Position numbers and translations under genes: made by a program. From the IMG/VR virus record IMGVR_UViG_2563366823_000003: DNA of 43,465 nt, one strand, 5' to 3'. Origin of the DNA: a virus. Taxonomy: Duplodnaviria > Heunggongvirae > Uroviricota > Caudoviricetes. The notes below the pieces were generated by a model, which was not told where the DNA came from, searched no databases, and was given only the letters and a program-made list of their open reading frames with translations. Shown one piece after another: positions 37,413 through 43,465 of this stretch; position 1 is the first letter of the stretch, and the number at the start of each line of letters is the position of its first letter.

Positions 37413-40067
37413 ATGAGCACCGATAAACAAGTTTACCCACTGTATTACGAAGCAAAAAATGACAAAGTAAGAAAACGTCTCGGTATTAAAGGCGGTTTCT
37501 ACTGGGCTGAAGCGAAAAAATTATCCATTGCCATCTCCCGTGGTGCTGTTGCGATTGACGATGCTGGCTACGATGAAGATGACTTTAAAAAACCTGTTCG
37601 CGTCAATTTGCCCGTTGTTGATGACCTTCCACCAGAAGGCGTATTTGATACGGAATTCTGCAACCGTTACGAAAAAGGCGGGGAAGATGGCATCACAATG
37701 GTATTTGTCGCGCCCTCACCCTCTGCGCAGGACAAACCAGCCAGCACTGACAATACCAATGTTAATGGCGAAGACATGACGGAGATTGAGGAAAATATGC
37801 TACTCCCGATTTCCGGTCAGGAGCTGCCCATTCGCTGGCTTGCTCAACACGGCAGCGAAAAACCGGTAACGCACGTTTCACGCGACGAACTCCAGGCATT
37901 ACACATTGCACGGGCTGAAGAACTACCAGCTGTTACTGCCCTGGCTGTTTCCCACAAAACCAGCCTGCTCGACCCGCTGGAAATTCGCGATCTCCATAAA
38001 CTGGTGCGTGATACTGACAAAGTTTTCCCTAATCCAGGCAATTCAAGCCTGGGGCTGATGACTGCTTTTTTCGAAGCATACCTGGACGCAGACTACACCG
38101 ATCGCGGTCTGCTGACAAAAGAGTGGATGAAAGGAAATCGTGTTTCACGCATCACGCGCACGGCTTCCGGTGCTAATGCTGGCGGCGGGAACCTCACCGA
38201 TCGCGGCGAAGGTTTCGTTCACGATCTGACGTCACTGGCGCGCGACGTAGCCACTGGCGTACTGGCTCGTTCAATGGACGTGGACATTTATAACCTTCAT
38301 CCGGCACACGCTAAACGTGTCGAGGAAATTATCGCTGAAAATAAACCGCCCTTTTCTGTTTTCCACGACAAATTCATCACCATGCCTGGCGGGCTGGATT
38401 ATTCCCGCGCCATCGTGGTTGCTTCCGTAAAAGAAGCACCAATTGGGATCGAGGTCATCCCCGCACACGTCACTGAATATCTGAACAAAGTACTGACTGA
38501 AACCGATCATGCCAACCCTGATCCGGAAATTGTGGATATTGCCTGCGGTCGCTCCTCTGCCCCAATGCCGCAGCGTGTAACAGAAGAAGAAAAACAGGAT
38601 GATGAAGAAAAACCGCAACCATCTTGCGCAATGGCAGATGAACAGGCAACGGCTGAAACAGTGGAACCGGATGCAACTGAACATCATCAGGACACGCAGC
38701 CGCTGGATGCTCAGTCACAGGTAAATTCTGTTGATACGAAATATCAGAAACTGCGGGCAGAACTCCATGAAGCCCGGAAAAACATTCCGCCCCAAAATCC
38801 TGTCGATGCAGACAAATTACTGGCTGCCTCTCGCGGAGAATTTGTTGAAGGGATTAGCGACCCGAATGATCCGAAATGGGTTAAGGGGATCCAGACCCGC
38901 GATTCTGTGTACCAGCATCAGCCAGAAACGGAACAGAACGACCTAAAATCGGAACAAAACGGCCAAAATGCGCGACAAAATGAACCAGAAGCGCAACAGG
39001 AACTGGAAAAAGTCTGCCATGCCTGCGGTCAGTCTGATGGAGATAACTGCCCTGATTGTGGCGCGGTGATGGGCGACATCACGTATCAGGAAACCTTTAA
39101 TGAAGAAAATCTGGATGAATCTCAGGAAAAAGATCCGGAGGAAATGGAAGGCCCTGAACATCCGCACAATGAGAATGCTGGCAGCGATCCGCATCGCGAT
39201 TGCAGTGATGAAACTGGCGAAGTCGCAGATCCCGTAATCGCAGGAGACATAGAGCCTGGTATTTATTACGGAATTTCGAATGAGAATTACCACGCGGGTC
39301 CCGGTGTCAGTAAGTCTCAGCTCGACGACATTGCTGATACTCCGGCGCTGTATTTGTGGCGTAAAAATGCCCCAGTGGACACCACAAAGACAAAAACGCT
39401 CGATTTAGGAACCGCTTTCCACTGCCGTGTACTTGAACCGGAAGAATTCAGTAACCGCTTTATCGTGGCACCTGAATTTAACCGCCGTACAACCGCCGGA
39501 AAAGAAGAAGAGAAAGCGTTTCTGATGGAATGCGCAAGCACAGGAAAAACGGTTATCACTGCCGAAGAAGGCCGGAAAATTGAACTCATGTATCAGAGCG
39601 TTATGGCTTTGCCGCTGGGTCAATGGCTTGTTGAAAGCGCCGGACACGCTGAATCATCAATTTACTGGGAAGATCCTGAAACAGGAATTTTGTGTCGGTG
39701 CCGTCCGGACAAAATTATCCCTGAATTTCACTGGATCATGGACGTGAAAACCACAGCGGATATTCAACGATTCAAAACCGCTTATTACGACTACCGCTAT
39801 CACGTTCAGGATGCATTCTACAGTGATGGTTATGAAGCACAGTTTGGAGTGCAGCCAACTTTCGTTTTTCTGGTTGCCAGCACAACTATTGAATGCGGAC
39901 GTTATCCGGTTGAAATTTTCATGATGGGCGAAGAAGCAAAACTGGCAGGCCAGCAGGAATATCACCGCAATCTGAGGACCCTGGCTGACTGCCTGAATAC
40001 CGATGAATGGCCAGCTATTAAAACGTTATCACTGCCCCGCTGGGCTAAGGAGTATGCAAATGACTAA
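37413..40067 (+). CDS. recE: exonuclease VIII (RecE)
   Basis: 884 aa; C-terminal nuclease domain [22 protein letters not shown]...DVKTTADIQ...YHVQDAFY; immediately upstream of recT with ATGA overlap. Confidence 0.85.
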   Translation: MSTDKQVYPLYYEAKNDKVRKRLGIKGGFYWAEAKKLSIAISRGAVAIDDAGYDEDDFKKPVRVNLPVVDDLPPEGVFDTEFCNRYEKGGEDGITMVFVAPSPSAQDKPASTDNTNVNGEDMTEIEENMLLPISGQELPIRWLAQHGSEKPVTHVSRDELQALHIARAEELPAVTALAVSHKTSLLDPLEIRDLHKLVRDTDKVFPNPGNSSLGLMTAFFEAYLDADYTDRGLLTKEWMKGNRVSRITRTASGANAGGGNLTDRGEGFVHDLTSLARDVATGVLARSMDVDIYNLHPAHAKRVEEIIAENKPPFSVFHDKFITMPGGLDYSRAIVVASVKEAPIGIEVIPAHVTEYLNKVLTETDHANPDPEIVDIACGRSSAPMPQRVTEEEKQDDEEKPQPSCAMADEQATAETVEPDATEHHQDTQPLDAQSQVNSVDTKYQKLRAELHEARKNIPPQNPVDADKLLAASRGEFVEGISDPNDPKWVKGIQTRDSVYQHQPETEQNDLKSEQNGQNARQNEPEAQQELEKVCHACGQSDGDNCPDCGAVMGDITYQETFNEENLDESQEKDPEEMEGPEHPHNENAGSDPHRDCSDETGEVADPVIAGDIEPGIYYGISNENYHAGPGVSKSQLDDIADTPALYLWRKNAPVDTTKTKTLDLGTAFHCRVLEPEEFSNRFIVAPEFNRRTTAGKEEEKAFLMECASTGKTVITAEEGRKIELMYQSVMALPLGQWLVESAGHAESSIYWEDPETGILCRCRPDKIIPEFHWIMDVKTTADIQRFKTAYYDYRYHVQDAFYSDGYEAQFGVQPTFVFLVASTTIECGRYPVEIFMMGEEAKLAGQQEYHRNLRTLADCLNTDEWPAIKTLSLPRWAKEYAND

Positions 40068-40869
40068 GCAACCACCTATCGCAAAAGCCGATCTGCAAAA
40101 AACCCAGGGAAACCGTGCACCAGCAGCAGTAAAAAATAACGACGTGATCAGCTTTATTAATCAGCCATCAATGAAAGAGCAACTGGCAGCAGCTCTCCCA
40201 CGCCATATGACGGCTGAACGAATGATACGTATCGCCACCACAGAAATTCGTAAGGTTCCGGCGCTAGGAAACTGTGACACCATGAGTTTTGTCAGTGCGA
40301 TCGTTCAGTGTTCACAGCTCGGCCTTGAGCCAGGTAGCGCCCTCGGCCACGCATATTTACTGCCTTTTGGTAATAAAAACGAAAAGAGCGGTAAAAAGAA
40401 CGTTCAGCTAATCATTGGTTATCGCGGCATGATTGATCTGGCTCGCCGTTCTGGTCAAATCGCCAGCCTGTCAGCCCGTGTTGTCCGTGAAGGTGACGAG
40501 TTTAGTTTTGAATTTGGCCTTGATGAAAAGTTAATACACCGCCCGGGAGAAAACGAAGATGCAGCAGTGACCCACGTCTATGCTGTCGCAAGACTGAAAG
40601 ACGGAGGGACTCAGTTTGAAGTTATGACGCGCAAACAGATTGAGCTGGTGCGCAGCCAGAGTAAGGCTGGTAATAACGGGCCGTGGGTAACTCACTGGGA
40701 AGAAATGGCAAAAAAAACGGCTATTCGTCGCCTGTTTAAATACCTGCCTGTCTCAATTGAAATCCAGCGTGCAGTATCAATGGATGAAAAGGAACCACTG
40801 ACAATCGATCCGGCGGACTCCTCTGTATTAACCGGGGAATACAGTGTAATCGATAATTCAGAAGAATAA
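40060..40869 (+). CDS. recT: single-strand annealing recombinase RecT
   Basis: 269 aa from [14 protein letters not shown]; matches recalled E. coli RecT. Confidence 0.9.
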   Translation: MTKQPPIAKADLQKTQGNRAPAAVKNNDVISFINQPSMKEQLAAALPRHMTAERMIRIATTEIRKVPALGNCDTMSFVSAIVQCSQLGLEPGSALGHAYLLPFGNKNEKSGKKNVQLIIGYRGMIDLARRSGQIASLSARVVREGDEFSFEFGLDEKLIHRPGENEDAAVTHVYAVARLKDGGTQFEVMTRKQIELVRSQSKAGNNGPWVTHWEEMAKKTAIRRLFKYLPVSIEIQRAVSMDEKEPLTIDPADSSVLTGEYSVIDNSEE

Positions 40870-40913
40870 TTCAGCCTGGCGGTGTAATGCACCGCCAACG
40901 TGAGACAGTTTTT

Positions 40914-41120
40914 ATGACAAAAATTATGAGATATGACGATGTTAAACCATGTCCGTTTTGTGGTTGTCCATCTGTTACGGTGAAAGCAATTTCAGGATAT
41001 TACCGGGCAAAATGCAACGGATGCGAATCCCGAACTGGCTATGGTGGAAGTGAAAAAGAAGCGCTCGAAAGATGGAATAAACGAACCACTGAAAATATTA
41101 ATGGAGGCGTTCATGTATAA
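40914..41120 (+). CDS. ralR: restriction alleviation protein Lar/RalR
   Basis: MTKIMRYDDVKPCPFCGCPSVTVKAISGYYRAKCNGCESRTGYGGSEKEALERWNKRT matches recalled Lar. Confidence 0.7.
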   Translation: MTKIMRYDDVKPCPFCGCPSVTVKAISGYYRAKCNGCESRTGYGGSEKEALERWNKRTTENINGGVHV

Positions 41121-41301
41121 AATTACTGCTACAATTGAAAAGGAAGGTGGCACTCCTACTAACTGGACAAGATATTCAAAATCTAAACTAACGAAATCAG
41201 AATGCGAAAAAATGCTCTCAGGGAAAAAAGAAGCAGGCGTTTCCAGAGAGCAGAAAGTAAAACTGATAAATTTTAATTGCGAGAAACTTCTGTCATCGTG
41301 A
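41113..41301 (+). CDS. small hypothetical protein (62 aa)
   Basis: ATG 41113 overlapping the lar stop; the track start upstream is non-ATG. Confidence 0.4.
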   Translation: MYKITATIEKEGGTPTNWTRYSKSKLTKSECEKMLSGKKEAGVSREQKVKLINFNCEKLLSS

Positions 41302-41407
41302 GTTACATCATATCCAAATTAGAACTTCATAGCTGATTATTAAAAATCAACCACACCCGCCAGTATTCTGTATATTTACTGGCGGTCATATCGTAAGAGG
41401 TATGGCA

Positions 41408-41689
41408 ATGAATCTTGTGACACTCAAAACTTGGGGAAGACTCAGATATCCGGATAACCCACCATCAATATCAACACTGAGACGATGGGCAAGGAATGGA
41501 AACATTTATCCTGCACCTGAACTACACGGGAGGAGTTACAGGGTGGTTCCGGAGGCTTTCTATATCAACCCAAATAAGGTTGATACCGATATAACACACC
41601 ACCAGCCTAATGGGCGACAAGGGAGAGACAGTCCGTTAATGGAGAAGTTAAAACATGCAGCGGAAAAAATACGATCCCAATTTGCCTAG
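41408..41689 (+). CDS. xis: excisionase (Xis-like)
   Basis: Small basic ORF overlapping the integrase start; AAGAGG 8 nt upstream of ATG 41408. Confidence 0.6.
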   Translation: MNLVTLKTWGRLRYPDNPPSISTLRRWARNGNIYPAPELHGRSYRVVPEAFYINPNKVDTDITHHQPNGRQGRDSPLMEKLKHAAEKIRSQFA

Positions 41690-42731
41690 AAACTTAACAT
41701 ATCGAAGGAGAGACAAAGCATATTACTGGCGCAACCCTCTCACGAAAGAAGAATTTACACTAGGTAAAATTTCAAGAAGAGATGCAGTAGCGCAGGCAAT
41801 TGAAGCAAATCATTATATATACAAAAACTACTCTCCTGCTGCCTTAATTGAAAAGCTGAAAGGGTTCGACTCATTTACTATGGCAGACTGGATTGAACGT
41901 TACAAAACGATTCTTATAAGGAGAAAAGTGTCCAGAAATACTTATAAAATTCGGGTAAATCAACTGGAGACAATAAAAGAAAAATTGGGAGGGATTTTAC
42001 TGACAGAAATAACCACTCGCCATATTGCTGAGTTTCTTGATTTGTGGATTGAAGGAGGGAAAAACACGATGGCAGGATCAATGCGTTCTGTGTTATCTGA
42101 TATGTTCCGCGAGGCCATTGTTGAAGGACGTATATCTCAAAATCCAGTAACGCCAACAAGAGCACCGAAAATAGTAGTTACAAGAGAACGACTGAAACTA
42201 AAGACATACAACTGCATCAGGGAGGCAGCAGATCAACTTCCGGCATGGTTCCCATTAGCTATGGATTTAGCCCTTGTAACAGGACAACGTCGCGAAGACA
42301 TAACGAATATGCGGTTCAGTGATATTTATGATGATCGTCTCCACATCAGGCAAATTAAGACAGGAATGATGATTGCTATCCCCCTGTCACTCAGACTTCC
42401 TGTCGCTGGTCTACGGCTTGGTACAGTAGTTGAACGCTGCCGCCTGGTAAGCCGGGGAGATTATCTAATCAGTGCCGGGATTAGAAAAAACAGCCCTGAC
42501 GGCAGCATTCACCCGGATGGCCTGACAAAAAAATTTGTCGCAGCCAGAAAATTAACAGGTATCCAGTTCAGTGAAAACCCACCAACTTTTCACGAGATCA
42601 GAAGTCTGGCTGGACGATTGTACAAAGAAACATGTGGAGAAGAATTTGCTCAGCGTCTACTTGGCCACACATCGGAGAAGACAACAAAAATGTATCTTGA
42701 TGAGAGAGAAAAAACGTACTTACTGCTCTGA
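41655..42731 (+). CDS. int: tyrosine integrase (lambda Int family)
   Basis: 358 aa; collinear with recalled lambda Int ([40 protein letters not shown] catalytic region); GGAGAAG upstream. Confidence 0.9.
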   Translation: MQRKKYDPNLPRNLTYRRRDKAYYWRNPLTKEEFTLGKISRRDAVAQAIEANHYIYKNYSPAALIEKLKGFDSFTMADWIERYKTILIRRKVSRNTYKIRVNQLETIKEKLGGILLTEITTRHIAEFLDLWIEGGKNTMAGSMRSVLSDMFREAIVEGRISQNPVTPTRAPKIVVTRERLKLKTYNCIREAADQLPAWFPLAMDLALVTGQRREDITNMRFSDIYDDRLHIRQIKTGMMIAIPLSLRLPVAGLRLGTVVERCRLVSRGDYLISAGIRKNSPDGSIHPDGLTKKFVAARKLTGIQFSENPPTFHEIRSLAGRLYKETCGEEFAQRLLGHTSEKTTKMYLDEREKTYLLL

Positions 42732-42863
42732 TTTTAACGTAAATGGATTGTTAAATGCATTTTGGTTGTGATATAACCAAAAAAGACCGGAATACAGAAA
42801 TTCGAGTAAATTTCGGGGAATTTCGGGGGAGACGTTTGCAACTGATTGATTTTAAATACAATT

Positions 42864-42898
42864 AAAAAAAGACCGAATACGATTCCTGTATTCGGTCC
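42864..42898. repeat. attR: right copy of the att core inside the sdsR terminator stem
   Basis: aaaaaaagaccgaatacgattcctgtattcggtcc matches 1068-1098. Confidence 0.7.
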
Positions 42899-42966
42899 AG
42901 GGAAATGGCTCTTGGGAGAGAGCCGTGCGCTAAAAGTTGGCATTAATGCAGGCTTAGTTGCCTTGC
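42864..42966 (-). ncRNA. sdsR: SdsR (RyeB) small RNA; antisense RyeA/SraC overlaps on the plus strand
   Basis: Minus-strand gcaaggcaactaagcctgcattaatgccaacttttagcgcacggctctctcccaagagccatttccctggaccgaatacaggaatcgtattcggtcttttttt matches recalled SdsR incl. terminator. Confidence 0.8.
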
Positions 42967-43123
42967 TCTTTAAGAATAGATGACGACGCCAGGTTTTCCA
43001 GTTTGCGTGCAAAATGGTCAATAAAAAGCGTGGTGGTCATCAGCTTAAATGTTAAAAACCGCCCGTTCTGGTGAAAGAACTGAGGCGGTTTTTTATTGGA
43101 AATCAAAAGGCTATTTTAGGTAA

Positions 43124-43465
43124 TTAACAGAGTTTTTCAGCTCGCTCTATAAACGGTGCCAGACTCATTTTTTCGCCGGGATTGTTAGGATCATCAATCT
43201 GAATCACCGAAATGGGTTGGGCTTTAGTCTTCCCACTGGCAACTTCCTTTTGTGCGATATCGTTTAAAGGATACTGCACGAGGGTACTTGGGTTAATGAC
43301 ATACAAAGCATTACCCGGTCGGCAAGTCAGCATCACCTCTTCGCGATTAAACGCCCATTTGTCTTTACCCACTTCAAAACGGCTGACGGTAATCACCTGC
43401 GGTGCCGCCAGCGCAGCTGCAGAACTGGTGAGTAACAGAAACGCCAGAATACTTTTTCTCATCAT
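43124..43465 (-). CDS. yebY: periplasmic protein YebY (DUF2511)
   Basis: 113 aa with signal peptide [22 protein letters not shown]; near-identical to recalled K-12 YebY; start codon at the window end. Confidence 0.85.
   Translation of the reverse strand: MMRKSILAFLLLTSSAAALAAPQVITVSRFEVGKDKWAFNREEVMLTCRPGNALYVINPSTLVQYPLNDIAQKEVASGKTKAQPISVIQIDDPNNPGEKMSLAPFIERAEKLC

Larger units (their letters stand above)
1068..42898. mobile_element. mosaic lambdoid prophage (~41.8 kb) integrated at the 3' end of sdsR between pphA and yebY
   Basis: Bounded by direct repeats of the sdsR 3' segment; contains integrase/excisionase, repressor, replication, Q, lysis, terminase, head and tail genes in lambdoid order. 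Confidence 0.85.

Noticed and set aside
37844-39965. Several minus-strand ORFs (65-138 aa) inside recE
   Set aside because: Antisense to a well-supported long gene; Phe/Cys/Arg-rich products typical of spurious frames
40869-40913. Hairpin ggcggtg/caccgcc between recT and lar as a terminator
   Set aside because: Short stem and no immediate U-tract; more likely an attenuating structure, not annotated
1-43465. CRISPR array or IS element
   Set aside because: No regularly spaced short direct repeats and no transposase ORF with terminal inverted repeats anywhere in the window

Overview
This window is an E. coli-type chromosomal locus (yebW-like ORF and pphA on the left, sdsR sRNA and yebY on the right) interrupted by a ~41.8 kb mosaic lambdoid prophage (about 1068-42898) integrated into the 3' end of sdsR. 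Reading right to left the prophage has lambda-like int/xis, a Rac-like early region (lar, recT, recE, racC-, ydaE- and kilR-like genes, a RacR-like repressor, then ydaS/ydaT/O-like/DnaC-like genes on the minus strand), a nin-like block of small genes, Q antiterminator, a lysis cassette with a lambda R-type endolysin, terminase, a Mu-like head and contractile tail/baseplate module, lambda Tfa-type tail fibre genes and a truncated pin invertase. Three low-GC cargo insertions stand out. The most interesting is an AT-rich island (about 27740-29740) next to a hokD-type toxin, flanked by ~40 bp direct repeats, encoding a 4-TM membrane protein (apparently frameshifted) translationally coupled to a 342-aa soluble protein; I read this as a candidate anti-phage defence system, Kiwa-like in architecture but unverified. 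The second is a three-gene moron with its own terminator inside the baseplate operon (6831-7963). The third is a hexapeptide acyltransferase beside the pin remnant at the attL end. All calls are from reading the sequence and recalled protein families; no database search was run. The supplied ORF track appears to use GTG/TTG starts labelled as M, so several starts were re-placed on the nearest ATG with a Shine-Dalgarno sequence and remain approximate.
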